Shown: positions 1 to 13,577 of the stretch, in pieces | Numbering within the stretch: the first letter of the stretch is position 1 | Layout: each line of letters opens with the position of its first letter | Source of the DNA: the human T2T-CHM13v2.0 reference genome, Homo sapiens | Direction: 5' to 3' | NCBI GenBank assembly: GCA_009914755.4 | Contig: CP068257.2 | Location: 30,208,001-30,272,000, forward strand | DNA: 64,000 nt | Notes under the pieces: generated by a model | Database searches by the model: none | What the model was told of the DNA's origin: nothing | What the model saw: the letters and a program-made list of their open reading frames with translations, nothing else | Position numbers and translations under genes: made by a program

Positions 1-500
1 TGGTGATCATTTTATGCAAAGCCCTTAGAACAGTGCCTGGAATATAAGCACCTCTCGATGTTAGCTGTTTTGTTTGTTATCTCTAAGATTCCTTCGTGTG
101 CAAAGACTCCTCGAGTCTGTGTTAAAACATGAAGGAAGGTGACTTAATGACAGCTAATCTAGCTTGCTTGCACCCTGTGTCAGACTTGCAATTTCTAGAA
201 ATTACCATCAGAGATAATTTAACTATCAGGACCCTATTTGTACTCCCTTGATGATGTCACCAGAGGGAAAGATTTCAATGCCTTCCAGGCCATGCCAGTG
301 CTCATACCCACTAGGGTGGTACTAGCTGGGGGAAGTGGTCCATCAGCCAATGCTGTGCTCAGAGTTGTTTTTATAGTTGCTGGTAGAACTTGCAGAAGGG
401 AACCGTGACTCTCTCCCCCATCTCCCATGCCTTCAGTTCAACAGAAAGGACCTGGAAGTCAATATCCCTTGCACTGGCATTAAGAGATACAACTCTGGCT

Positions 501-1347
501 TTGCCACCTGCTCTCTACTTCCGCCTGAGCACTGCTCCAGCTGCACAGAGCTTGCTCCGAGCTCCAGGCTCCTGCTAAGCTAGCACCACCGTCGACTCCC
601 TCCAGCTGCCTTCATGATTACCTACCGAGATCTCATCAGCCACAAAGAGGTATCCTCTGACTTTTACAAAGATCCTGGAGATCAGGGACAGGCTGTGCCT
701 TGAGATGGAGGGGAAAAAGGTCAGTAGGACAGAGGGTAACATCAAAGACTTGCCCATTAGTGAGAATGCCTCCACTGAAGACCCCTAGGGTAAAGGTACA
801 GAAAGCACAGTATTTGATGCTGTTGTTATCATCATGAAACATCACTCGCCAGAAACCAGCTCCGCAAAAGAAGCCTACAGGAAATACATCAAAAATTACG
901 TGAGAAGAGTCAAAGGCAAACGTGAAGAACAGAGACCGTAAAAAGTAAAATCTTTTATGACAGACTGCAGAACAAATCAAGCACATCCTTGCTAATTTCA
1001 AAAACTACCAGTTCATTATTTGTGAGGACATGAATCCAGATGGCATGCTGGCTCTATTGGACTACCAGGAAGATGACGTGACCCCATATATGATTTTCTT
1101 TAAGGATGATTTAGAAATGGAAAAATGTTAACAGATTTGGCAATTGCTTTGATCTATCACCTGTCATTATAACTGGCTGCCACTTGTCATCCACACAACA
1201 CCATTGAAGACAAATGGGACTGATGTCACTTTGAGCACTTTATTTTGACCATGATTTATCTGGAGTAGAGGCATTGTTTTTGAGGAAAAAAAAAACCATA
1301 GCATATATAGGTTGTCTAAAAATAAAATACATTTAAAGTTAAAAAAA
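501..1347 (+). pseudogene. TPT1 (translationally controlled tumor protein, TCTP) processed pseudogene / retrocopy
   Basis: Intronless copy of the TPT1 mRNA: a 5'UTR-like stretch ('gctccgagctccaggctcctgctaagctagc'), then an ATG at 614. The frame reads [10 protein letters not shown]... and later ...[89 protein letters not shown] ending at TAA 1129..1131, matching TPT1 [13 protein letters not shown]...FFKDGLEMEKC. Several in-frame stops and frameshifts are present. The 3'UTR ends in 'aataaaatacatttaaagtt' followed by an A-run at 1341..1347. A TSD 'atacaactctg' is found at 489..499 and 1348..1358. Confidence 0.8.
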
Positions 1348-1360
1348 TACAACTCTGTGA

Positions 1361-1738
<378 letters not shown>

Positions 1739-1879
1739 GTGCCCCATATTTAACCAGTCACGGATAGGGAAGACCCAGTGATCGGGTGCAAGTGGTTTTA
1801 CAATCCATTTCTTTTTCATTTTTGTGGTGTAGCCAGTTGTTTGGGATTACAACAGTATTAAAATCCTTAAAAATAAAGC

Positions 1880-2162
1880 TCTTCTCATGCCTGTAATCCC
1901 AGCACTTTGGGAGGCTGAGGCGGGCAGATCACTTGAGGCCAGGAGTTTGAGACCAGCCTGGCCAACATGCAAAACCCTATCTCTACTAAAAATAAAAAAA
2001 TTAACCAGGCGTGATGGTGCATGCCTATAATCCCAGCTACTTGGGAGGCTGAGGCACGAGAATCACTTGACTCCAGGAACTGAAGGTTGTGGTGACCTGA
2101 GACCACGCCACTGCGCTACAGCCTGGGTGACAGAGCGAGACTGTCTCAAAAGAAAAAAAAAA
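1880..2162 (+). mobile_element. Alu SINE (5'-truncated)
   Basis: Reads 'catgcctgtaatcccagcactttgggaggctgaggcgggcagatcacttgagg...gcctgggtgacagagcgagactgtctcaaaagaaaaaaaaaa'. Confidence 0.9.
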
Positions 2163-2726
2163 GGCTCTAAAAGATGTCCATGATGGACATCACTGTTTGG
2201 CAATCAGGACCCCTTGTTTTTCTAAAGGTACCTTGATGTACTTCTTATTGTTTTAATGTAATGGCAGATCAAGTTGCTCTGCCCTTCCCTACCCAAGACT
2301 TGTGAACTGGTTCCCAATTAGGCAACTCGGCTTCTACTCTGACTTTAAATCTCATGCAAAGTGACATAAGAATGGGTGTTGGGCATTCTTCACTTGTGTC
2401 TCTATCTCCGCTCTCCAGCTCTCCACCTTACTCGGTGTTCTGCAAGGTTCATCTTTATAGACTACATCAGAAGGCTTCCTTAACATCTGCCTTCCATTGG
2501 GGTTTGGCCAGCGGAAGGCACTGGCTAAAGATGAGAAGGTAGAAGAGTGAATTTGGGGTGTTTTTCACCTTCTGCCCTCTCTGCTGGGCACAGTAGGTTG
2601 GTTCTTTCCCTCTCCTAATGCCTCAGCTCCATATGGCAGCCGTAAAAATTAGTAATAAAACCTTTTCCAGTTTAGTACTATCATAGAGCAGCAGGCTTGA
2701 TTATTGCTCTTTGAAAATCAGTGTCA

Positions 2727-3179
<453 letters not shown>

Positions 3180-3810
3180 TCATTTATAAATTTATAATAA
3201 ATCAATAAATTTATTAATCTCTTTTCTTGGTAGATATTTTCATTTATCTAAAAGTATCTTCTTGTGTGATTTCTTCTTTGACTCATTGGTTCTTTAGTTG
3301 TATTAATTTTCATATTTATGTAAATTTCCCAAATTGCCTTCTGTAACTGATTTTTAATTTCATTGCATTGTGGTCAGAAAACAGGCATTTCTTATTTCAG
3401 CCCTTTTAAGCATATCAAGGTCTTATTTTATGGCTTAACGTATAGTCTTTCCTGAATAATTTTCCATGTGTACTTTAGAAGAATGTGTGTTGTTCTCTCA
3501 TTGCGTGCAGTGTTCTATAGATGTCTGTTAGATCTAGTTGTGTTACAATGTTGTTCAAGTCTTCTATTTCCTACTTGAAATATGTATTGGATTATGTATA
3601 GTTGTTCTATCTATTTTGAAATCTCCAACTATTATTGTTGACTTATCTATTTCTCGTTTCATATCTGTTCATTTTGTCTGATTTTGCTTCATGTATTTTG
3701 AGGCTCCGTTGTTAGGTGTATATATGTTTATAATTATTATGTTTTCTTTATGGATTGTTGCAAACCTTTGCCTAATTTCTAGAGTTCTGACAAAGTTGAT
3801 ACTGACTATT
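3180..3810 (-). mobile_element. L1 LINE fragment (ORF2-derived, old L1M/L1P type), probably continuing beyond the microsatellite to about 5100
   Basis: AT-rich sequence with motifs typical of reverse-complemented L1 ORF2 ('tctgttagatctagttgtgtt', 'ctgtcaatgttgacagt', 'ttgaggctccgttgttaggtgtatatatgtttataattatt'). No intact ORF. Extent is uncertain. Confidence 0.4.
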
Positions 3811-3811
3811 G

Positions 3812-4006
3812 TTGCTAGTCTTTCTTTCTTTCTCTTTCTTTCTTTCTCTCTCTCTCTCCCTTTCTTTCTCTCGCTCCCTTTCTTTCTCTCTTTCTTTCTC
3901 TCTCTTCCTTTCTTTCTTTCTCTCGCTCCCTTTCTTTCTTTCTCTTTCTTTCTTTTTCTTTCTTTCTTTCCCTTTCTTTCTTTCTTTCTCTCTCTCTTTC
4001 TGTCTG

Positions 4007-4055
<49 letters not shown>

Positions 4056-4140
4056 TTTCTTTCTTTCTCCTTCCTTCCCTCCCTCCCTCCCTCCCTCCCT
4101 TCCTTCCTTCCTTCCTTCTTTCTTTTTCTTTTTTTTGTGT
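3812..4140. repeat. Compound polypyrimidine microsatellite (CTTT)n/(CT)n/(CCCT)n/(CCTT)n, about 330 bp
   Basis: An uninterrupted pyrimidine strand: 'ctttctttctctttctttctttctctctctc...ccttccctccctccctccctccctccc...'. It produces the artefactual S/L/F-rich and K/E/R-rich ORFs at 3691..4224. Confidence 0.95.
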
Positions 4141-5466
4141 GTGTTCTTGTTGTTTTTGTGGAGAAGCAGCTTTTTGGAGATCCTTACTCTGCCATTCCTG
4201 GTGATGTCTCTCTGCCATTTCTAATAAGAGACAGTCTCTGAGAGTTTCAAATAGAAGTATACATTTATGTTGTGTGTTCTTGGAAAGACCTTTTTTTTAG
4301 ACTCGCTTTTACATAAAATAAGAAAACAATTAGTAAACACTGGGGTATAAAATAAGCTTTAACATAATTAACAACTACTAAACTGGCCGTTTTTACATGA
4401 GCATAGGAGGTGTGACATGAATCTGAAAACTGATCCAACTAGTAGGCATCATTTCAACGTCACTAGAAGAGTCAATCTGATGAGTCTCTGTCAATGTTGA
4501 CAGTCTTGACCATCATTACATTTTGGGTGCTATTTATTGATCTGTGGTTCTTTGGATTCATCTCACAGAGTACAGATGTTAAGTACAGAGACTTTTTCTT
4601 TAAATATGAATGGTTATGATCTTATCCCTTTCAACAGTAGAGATGTTTGATGAAGATTTGTATCTACCATGTGTTATTCATATAAACATTCTGCATAAGT
4701 AGAGGTTCACTGGAGGGTCACTTTGATTTTTTTCCAAGACCATTTATATATTCTGAAGATGAATAATGAACTAGTAGAGAATAATTACTGACTAAAATAT
4801 TAAACAAATAAAACTGGACATGAAAAAGGAAGTCCACATGAAATCCAAGGTGTTGCCAATAAAATTAAGAAATGCTAAAAACAATCAGCAACTTTGTAAT
4901 AGCAATGTTAACTTTTCTTCCAGAATAACTAGTAGGTACTTAGATTTTCTTTTTAAATATTGGCTAAAAAGCCCAAATTACCTGAATTTCCTTTGAATTT
5001 TTTGTCTTTCCTACATGGACCTTGCCACGTTTTTGGTCATATCGTAATTATTTTAGTTGCTTTTATTTTCTCTCCTAGGTTGCATTGGCTTCAGTAGTAT
5101 GGCCTGTGCCAGTCATTTATGTTTCTCCAAGGACACCAGGCACAACGTCTTGCACACGATTGGTATATTAAAAAATCGGGTCTTGCATTCAGGAAATTAC
5201 ACACTAAAAAGAAGAAGGGTTTATGGGAAAAATAGGGCTAGGAGCAGACTACCCAAAACCTAAAGTACTTTATAACAAGAGTGTGAGTAAAGACAAACCT
5301 AGGAGTGAAAAAGAGATGTAAATTTGTAACAACAAAAGAAATGTTAAAGTAAATAGTTCTCTCCTTTTAAAAGGTGATGGTATGAGCTTCCTTTCTTAAA
5401 TACTTACTGAGCTGATAGATGAATGTTTTCTGGCCCACCAGTTAGGGAATGAAGATTTTTATCTCC

Positions 5467-5797
5467 CTAAAATTCATATGTTGAAATATAATCACCATTG
5501 TGATGGACTGGGAAGTGGGGCCTTTAGGAGGTAATGGGTGGAGCCCTCATGAGTGGGACTAAGACCCTTATAAAAGGGATCCCAGAGAGGTAGCTTACCC
5601 TCTTCTGCCACGTGAGGCTCTGACGAGAAGGTGGCTGGCTGTCTGTGACCCAGAAGAGCGCCCTCACCAGAATCCGACCATACTGGCCCCCGATCTCAGA
5701 CCACTGGCCTCCAGAACTGTGAGAAACACATTTCTGTTGCTTATAAGCCACTCAGTTGATGGTAATTTGTTATAGTAGCCTGAGCTGAGGTACCACC
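5467..5797 (+). mobile_element. MaLR-type (ERVL-MaLR; MST/MLT-like) solo LTR
   Basis: Reads 'aaaattcatatgttgaaatataatcacc...tgatggactgggaagtggggcctttaggaggtaatgggtggagccctcatgagtgggactaagacccttataaaaggga...ccagaactgtgagaaacacatttctgttgcttataagccactcagttgatggtaatttgttatagtagcctgagctgagg', a canonical MaLR LTR layout. Confidence 0.7.
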
Positions 5798-6336
5798 CAT
5801 TTTCTGAGGTTACAGCTCTTTGACAATTCAGATCCACACAGGGGTTTTAGTTCCTCCCTCTTCATCTTGCCCAATGCCTCAGCAACTATTCCCACATGAA
5901 CACTGAAACCCAAGTACCTTGGTTATTTAGACCAACAACCAGGCCCCTGCACATCTACAGTGCCAGCTTACATAACCACTTTTCAGTTCTTTCCTTTATG
6001 TGGCCAGTAGAGTTTCTTCTTTCCTTTTTCCTTGTGGGCTAAACTATAAATTTTAAAAGGGTTTTAAAGATCCTTGTGTGTTAGGCAGCATAGCAAGGCG
6101 TCCATTGAGGGAGCTTTTTGCTGTTGTCTATTATCTTAGTCGACCATCTTCCCAGCAGAGCTCCCACCCCCATTATTCTTTTCACAGAATCCTTTGCTAA
6201 CAGATCACTGTTACTAGAATAATATGAGCATTGGGTTCATTGTGTATAGCAGGCTACACTTATGGGAAGAGAGAGAAGGAGAAACAGAGATTTAGTAAGA
6301 AGAGGAATTCATTTTATATTGAAAATATAATTTTGA

Positions 6337-6630
6337 GGCCAGGTGCAGTGGCTCATGCCTGTAATCCCACAACTTTGGGAGGCCAAGGCGGGAGGGTTGC
6401 TTGAGCAAAGGAATTTGAGACCAGCCTGGGCAACAGAGTAACACTCCATATCTACAAAATATTAAAAAACTAGGTAGGTGCAGTGTCACATGGCTATTCT
6501 CCCAACTACTCAGCAGCCTGAAGTGGGAGGATCACTTGAGCCCAGGAGATGGAGGCTGCAGTGAGCCATGATCATGCCATTGCCCTCTAGCCTTGGCAAC
6601 AGAGCAAGACTCTGTCTCAAAGAACAAAAA
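6337..6630 (+). mobile_element. Alu SINE (older, AluJ/S-like, diverged)
   Basis: Reads 'ggccaggtgcagtggctcatgcctgtaatcccacaactttgggaggccaaggcgggagg...ccttggcaacagagcaagactctgtctcaaagaacaaaaaa'. Confidence 0.85.
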
Positions 6631-9350
6631 ATAGAAAGTATAATTTTGAGCCAATTCTCTAGAGTTTATCAGGTTTTTTTTTCCAGCATTTTCTCTAACG
6701 TACACTGTCCACACAGGAGGTTGAATGATTGCTTTAGGACTAATTACTCAATGTGTGAATTATTAGACCTTTTGTCTTCATCCCTCTTCTCTATTTATTA
6801 GCATGTCTGCAGTTGGCTGGACCATGGAAAAAGATGTCATAGGAAACACTTAACAAAACTATTTAATAACAATCATTAACGTCTCTTATAGAACCGTGAC
6901 TGGAAAGATGGAACCACTGGTTGAAATAAGATCTGAATCCTTACTGTCTCTGCTCTTGTTCTCTTATTCTATACATATAAATTTGACAACTGCATCTGAA
7001 ACAATCTGTAGGGTCCTGTTGCTAAAGGGAATTTTAAATTTTCTTCCATGGAACACTAGGTTTCCAGAGAGTCCTTAATGAATTCTGCAGGAAATAGTGT
7101 ATCTGTTTATTTATTCAACAAATATTCACTGAGTGTTGGCCAGTTATCTGACACTGGGTTGGGCCTGGTCTTTGGGGAGACAGGACTGCCAAGTTTCTGG
7201 CCCTCACTGCTTCAACCAGAGCAGCTCTGCTGGTGTCTGCTTTGTAGTTGACAATCTGGGTATGTGGGGGAGGAGGTTCTGCTGCCTAAAGAAAATTTGA
7301 AGGCTTCTGTGGCATAGGGAATGCCCTTATTTAATAGAAGTTCTTATTAAGCAAAGCTATTTTGGGGCCGTGGCCTAATAGTTGTAGGTTTATGCATCTG
7401 TACAATGAGGAGCACATAGTGAGTATGTGTGTAGTTCAGGGTAGTCTATATTAAGCTGCTGTAACAAATGTCCCCTATATCTCAGTGACTTACAACAGGA
7501 GAGGTTTATTTCTTGCTCATATTATACGTTCGTTGTACATTGTCTCTTTCTCCAGTTTGGGTCTGATCTGACTTTTGGACTCCAGCTAACGGAGCAGCCT
7601 CTTTCTGGAGCATCACTTGTCCATAGTGGGGGTGAATTAAAAACACAGTGAGTTAACATTTGTCCTTACAGCTTCCGCCTGGGAGTTAGACAGGTCTCTG
7701 CTATTGACATCTCCTGGGCTAAACAAGTTAAATGGCTTCACTGGATGTCATTGGCACAGGGAAATATAATCTTTCCACAGGGAGTGATAGCAAATATTTG
7801 GTAACAATAATGCAAAGTGCTCTAGTGCTCAGTAAATATGTGCTGATTAAACAACTATATACAATCAACAACCATGTATCAGTGCATTCTCAGCTCCCGA
7901 CCCTGTAAACCAGTTTTTCTGAGTAGGAGTCTCTGAGATGTTGTGCTTTTTGTGTTATGGGGAGAGCTGAAACGAGCTGAAAATAATCTCAAGATTTTTA
8001 CTGTTACAACTAAGTCACAACTGGCCTTCAACACTCCCCACCAACTGGGTAAGGAAACCACAAATCCAGTCCCCAAACCCACATCTATTTTGCCTTTTCA
8101 AAATGTGTTGTAAAATATTAGAAGGAAAATGGTCTGGAACTTCTAAGGATTAAGAAGAAATTCACATCAGCAGAAAGCAAGACTGTAAACCCCCCGGGAG
8201 CTGAAGAGCTCAGTTCCAGAGCCAGATTGTATAAGACGGGGCTTCAAAACTAATCTGGAGCCATCTTATGTAAAACAAATTGTCCGCCAACAGGAAGCCT
8301 CAAAACAGGGTGCAGATTATGAAGGAATGAAATGGATTCCAGGCTGCTATGAGGGTTTTCTTGATTGAAACAAGACCAACCTATGGAACCATGCTCTGTG
8401 TGAGTCCACCATTTCCCCCTTCTCTGCAAAAACATGAAAGAAAGCATGTAGAATTTTTGTTGTGGCTGGATTTCATAAGGGGAAGATGCTTCTCTGTGTA
8501 AAAAGATATACAAGAGAAAGCTGTGGTTGGAAATCTGCAGTGTAAGCGACAAAAATCTCAACTCAAAGTTGCCTTTGCAAAAGGAAATGATTCTGGTTCT
8601 CAAAGTTGAAAAGTCCAGAGATGGATTTTGCCTTTAGATATGACTGGATCCAGGAGCTCATGCAATATTACCAGGACTCTCTGTCTTTCGCCTTGCTTTT
8701 GTTTGGCTTTATTCTGCAGACTGGGTTGCATCCATCCAGGTTTGCCTCATCAGGGCCTTGCCTGTTGCCTGCCACGCTTGCCTTGGCTGTGCTTTTAAAC
8801 ATCTCCAGAGCTATCTGCAACAGAACTGCGTCTTTAGCCAGCTGCTGGCCTGTGTCAGTTCTTTCTCTGCAGCTGATAGGGCCTCTTTGTGGGCTGCCAC
8901 CCAGGTCCTCTGGCTCTCATCCTTGGCCATTTACTGCTGGTAATCAACCCTCAGTCTCTCATCATCTTTCTGCAGGGTGGCAGCATGACTTAGCATTACT
9001 CAAGCAACGCTGTTGTCTTTATAGGCTTTGTTCCCCCAGATTTTTCAAAACCCACATCATTGCACCTGCCACAAGCTTCTCTGCCACTGGACATTTGGCC
9101 AGGCCACTGCTGGTGAAATCTGTCATATTAAGAGCCATACCACGTAACAGCGGTTATCCTTGCCCTACCTACCACACAGACCTTATGCTCTTGGCCTGCC
9201 AGGCAGTAAGTGAGGAAGTCAGAAATTCTTGTCTTTCCACATGTATTGTCTGACTTCTTTAGTTACTGCTTAAGCTTCTAGGTCCTCCAAGAAACAGACG
9301 TTAACATTGGATTAAGTGTGTGGGAATTTTATTAGGGCAAATGCCTGTGA

Positions 9351-9692
<342 letters not shown>

Positions 9693-9912
9693 TCACCCTC
9701 AAACCTTGAGAGATGAAAGGAGGGAAGGGTGAGTGGAAGTTTCCTCTACTGATAGGAAGTTTAAAGAAGGTTCCACAAGAATGTCATGTGGTCCTTCAGC
9801 CAACGTTGCCATCAGAAGGGTCCTGTCTCCAGGCAAGATTAGCTGCATAATTTGACGGTCCAGTGCAAAAATAATATGCAGGACTCAGTGTTAAAAATGT
9901 ATTAAGAATTTT

Positions 9913-10207
9913 GGGCTGGGCGCAGTGGCTCCTGTCTGTAATCCCAGCACTTTGGGGGGCCAAGGTGGGTGGATTGCTTGAGCCTAGGAGTTCAAGACCA
10001 GCCTAGGCAACATGGTGAAACTGTATCTCTACAAAAAATTAGCCAGACGTGGTGACATGCACCTGTAGTCCCAGTTACTCAGGAGGCTGAGGTGGGAGGA
10101 CCACCTGAGCCCAGGAAGTCAAGGCTATGGTGAGCTGTGATTGGGTTATTGCATTCTAGCCTGGGCGATGGAGTAAAACCCTTTCTCAAAAAAAAAAAAA
10201 AAAAAAA
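9913..10207 (+). mobile_element. Alu SINE (full length)
   Basis: Reads 'gggctgggcgcagtggctcctgtctgtaatcccagcactttgggg...ctagcctgggcgatggagtaaaaccctttctcaaaaaaaaaaaaaaaaaaaa'. Confidence 0.9.
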
Positions 10208-10848
10208 GAGACAGAGAGAGAATTTCAAGACAAAATAGCAGAGTGCTCAACGGAGTGCAGGGTCCTTTTGAGTTCAGGATCCTGACTGAGTGCATGGGTC
10301 TCACAGCCATGAAACCAAGTGTGGTCTATCTTAGTATATCCCCACTGTGCTTAGTAATCAGCAGCCAAGCCCTTGGACAATTATGGCTCCCTGTAGTTAC
10401 AGAACTTCTAGGCATGTTCTCATGGTTCCTATAGATGAACAAATTTTTTATTTTTTTGTATGGTTTTTGCTTTTTGTCTCTTAAGAAAGCTGAAGATAAG
10501 CATGTTACCCTCTATTTCTAGCTAATACTTTAAAATGTTTTGGGGCTTTAATCCTGATGGAATTTATTTGTATTATTGGTATGAAGTAGGGGTTAACTTA
10601 TTTTTTTTCCTTCAGTTGATAACCACGTCGCATCATCATTTATTGAATGGCTGGTCTTTTCCCTTCTGATTTAAACGTCCACTGTTGTCAAATATTAGAT
10701 TCCCATATACAAGGCATGACAGGAAGTGATAATGGAGCTGTTTTTATCATATTTTTGCTGAATCCCCAAGAGTGCAGACGCCTTGTCTCACATTTCATGC
10801 GGAAGCATCTAAAGGATTGAAAAAGGGATATCTCAAGACAGTTTTTTT

Positions 10849-11147
10849 GGACCGGGTGCGGTGGCTCATGCCTGTAATCCCAGCAGTTTGGGAGGCCGAG
10901 GTGGGTGGATCACCTGAGGTCAGGAGTTCAAGACTAGCCTGGTCAATATTGGCGAAACCCTGTCTCTACTAAAAATACAAAAAATCAGCTGGGCGTGGTG
11001 GTGCGTGCCTGTAATCCCAGCTACTCAGGAGGTTGAGGCAGGAGAATTGCTTGAACCTGGGGGACGGAGGTTGCAGTGAACCAAGATCACACCACTCCAC
11101 TCCAGCCTGGAGGACAGAGTGAGATTCTGTCTCAAAAAAAAAAAAAA
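10849..11147 (+). mobile_element. Alu SINE (full length)
   Basis: Reads 'ggaccgggtgcggtggctcatgcctgtaatcccagcagtttgggaggccgaggtgggtggatcacctgaggtcaggagttcaagac...ctcaaaaaaaaaaaaaaa'. Confidence 0.9.
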
Positions 11148-11699
11148 AGGTAGACCCTTAACCTATCAATAATATAGGTGCATAAAATAATTAAGATTGA
11201 AGTTGGAGGAGAATTGTCCTTAGCGTTATTGGTGACTCTTGAGTCTCTCCCACCTCTCTCCTTGCCCCCTAGGTTCTCCTTGGGCTTGGCCATTGCAAGT
11301 CCCCAGCCAGAGCTGCGAGTGGACAAGGAGATTTGTGGGAGCATTGCCTGCCTGGCTGCCTCCCTGCTGGGCGCTGTTTGTGGAATCGCTGCAGTTCCCT
11401 GCCCTTGGCCACAGCATGTGCTGGACTTAGACACCCCTCCCTCCTCTGCTCCTCCAAGTCCAGGGGCGAGATGTGCTCCCGGCTTTTGTTCCCCTCAGAG
11501 GACTTCCCCTCCTTTGTCTGTTTCCCTCAACTCTGCCCATGCTCTTATTCAGAATCCTCGCTTCATTCCCTCATCTTCCATTTTCCCTTCCAAATGCACC
11601 ATCTGTTCCCAATGGAAAGGAACATCAGTGTGATGCCCTCTCATCTTTTAGAAGATGATATTTCTTCATTTTTCTCCTAATTCAAGCCTTAACATAAGT

Positions 11700-12071
11700 A
11701 GTTTTGTCCATTTTGTGCTGCTGTAACAAAAGGCCTGAGACCAGGCACTTTATAAAGAACAGAAACGTATTTTTTCACAGTTCTGGGGCTGGGAAGTCCA
11801 AGATCAGGGGGCCATATCTGGTGAGCGCCTTTGTGCTGTGTTATCCTATGACAGAAGAGAAATTGCGAAGAGAGGGCTAGAGGTAGAGATAGAGATGGAG
11901 ACAGACAAAGGGGGCTGAACCTGTCCTTTCATAAGGAAACTACTACTGTGAAAATGGCATTAATCCATTCATGAGAGTAGAGCCCTCGTGACCTAAACAC
12001 CTCTTAAAGGTCCACCTCCCAACACCTCCACACTGGGGATCAAGTTTTGGAGCACACATCTGAACCATAGC
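11700..12071 (-). mobile_element. MaLR-type (MST/MLT-like) LTR, antisense
   Basis: Reads 'gtccattttgtgctgctgtaacaaaaggcctgagaccaggcactttataaagaacagaaacgtattttttcacagttctggggctgggaagtccaagatcagg...ccacactggggatcaagttttggagcacacatctgaaccatagca', the reverse complement of a MaLR LTR. Confidence 0.7.
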
Positions 12072-12220
12072 AATATGATTATTGAAGGGAATTGGAGGCA
12101 CAGTGCAGAAAAGTTGCAGGCTGTATCCCCAGTGTTCTTCTTTTCTCTGTTCTATCCCCCATCCCTAGGTAGTCCCATCTAGGCCCAGAGTTTCAAATCC
12201 ATCTATTAATGTATGCTGCA

Positions 12221-12533
<313 letters not shown>

Positions 12534-12789
12534 TTATATCTTCAGCCAGTCTTCTCTTCTAAGTTCCAGGTTTGTATGTCCAAAACCTATTTACTATGTC
12601 CACCTGGTGTCTAACTGAGCTCCTGATCTTTCTCCACCTCCATGACCCCAAGCCACCCTCCATCTGATACACCTTCCTCCTTCAGACCGGCCTATCTCAG
12701 TCATGGCATGTCACACACCCAGCTGCTGAGACTTCAGTTTGGAGTTACTGATAATGATTTCCCTATTACTCTCTGCTATGGACTGTTTC

Positions 12790-12905
12790 TGTCTCCTCAA
12801 AATTCCCATGTTGAAATCCTAGCCCCTAATGTGATGGTATTAGGAGGTGGGGCCTTTGGAGGGTGATTGGACCATGAATACGGTTAGTGCCTTTATGAAG
12901 GAGGT
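12790..12905 (+). mobile_element. MaLR LTR 5' fragment, truncated by insertion of the next element
   Basis: Reads 'caaaattcccatgttgaaatcctagcccctaatgtgatggtattaggaggtggggcctttggagggtgattggaccatgaatacggttagtgcctttatgaaggag'. Confidence 0.6.
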
Positions 12906-13278
12906 TGATATGGTCTGACCATGTCCTCACCCAAATCTCATCTTGAATCGTAGTTCTCACAATCCCCATGTGTTGTGGGAGGGACCCGGTGGGAGGTAAT
13001 TGAATCATGAGGGCAGTTACCCCCATGCTGCTGTTCTCATGATAGTGAGTGAGTTCTCACGAGATCCAATGGCTTTATAAGGGGCTTTTCCCTCTTTTGC
13101 TTGGCACTTCTCTTACCTGCCACCATGTAAGACATGTCTTTGCTCCTCCTTCGCCTTCCACCATGATTGTGAGGCCTCCACAGCCATGTAGAACTGTGAG
13201 TCCATTAAACCTCTTTCCCTTATAAATTACCCAGTCTTGGGTATGTCTTTATTAGCAGCGTAAGAATGGACTAATACA
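12906..13278 (+). mobile_element. THE1/MST-type MaLR solo LTR (complete TG...CA)
   Basis: Starts 'tgatatggtctgaccatgtcctcacccaaatctcatcttgaatcgtagttctcacaatccccatgtgttgtgggagggacccggtgggaggtaattgaatcatgagggcag'. Ends 'ccatgtagaactgtgagtccattaaacctctttcccttataaattacccagtcttgggtatgtctttattagcagcgtaagaatggactaataca'. This is a near textbook THE1 consensus. Confidence 0.85.
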
Positions 13279-13387
13279 GAGGTCACAGAGAGCTTTTGTT
13301 CTGCCAAATGACGATACAGTGAGAAGCCACCATCTATCAACGGGCAAGGGGGTCTCTGGTTCATAGATGGGGAGTCCTTTACCAGAC

Positions 13388-13392
13388 ACTGA

Positions 13393-13429
<37 letters not shown>

Positions 13430-13546
13430 TACACACACAGAGGGTATATAGATACACATATATACCCCCTACATATATACAGGGGTATACATATATACAA
13501 GGGGTATGTAGATATATATACAGGGGGTACATAGATCAATTCACAT

Positions 13547-13577
<31 letters not shown>

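Noticed and set aside
636-1001. 121-aa minus-strand ORF
   Set aside because: Antisense to the TPT1 processed pseudogene. An accidental open frame with no homology.
3691-4224. 177-aa and 131-aa + strand ORFs (S/L/F-rich) and 148-aa minus-strand ORF (K/E/R-rich)
   Set aside because: They are direct translations of the (CTTT/CT/CCCT)n microsatellite: low-complexity, no start context, and inside an L1 fragment.
8606-9253. 215-aa + strand ORF, the longest non-GC-island ORF in the window
   Set aside because: No recognisable domain or family. Composition is typical of random human non-coding sequence (Leu/Ser/Pro/Cys-rich). No splice signals or CpG island, and no conservation-type codon periodicity visible. 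It lies in unique intergenic DNA roughly 25 kb upstream of the promoter.
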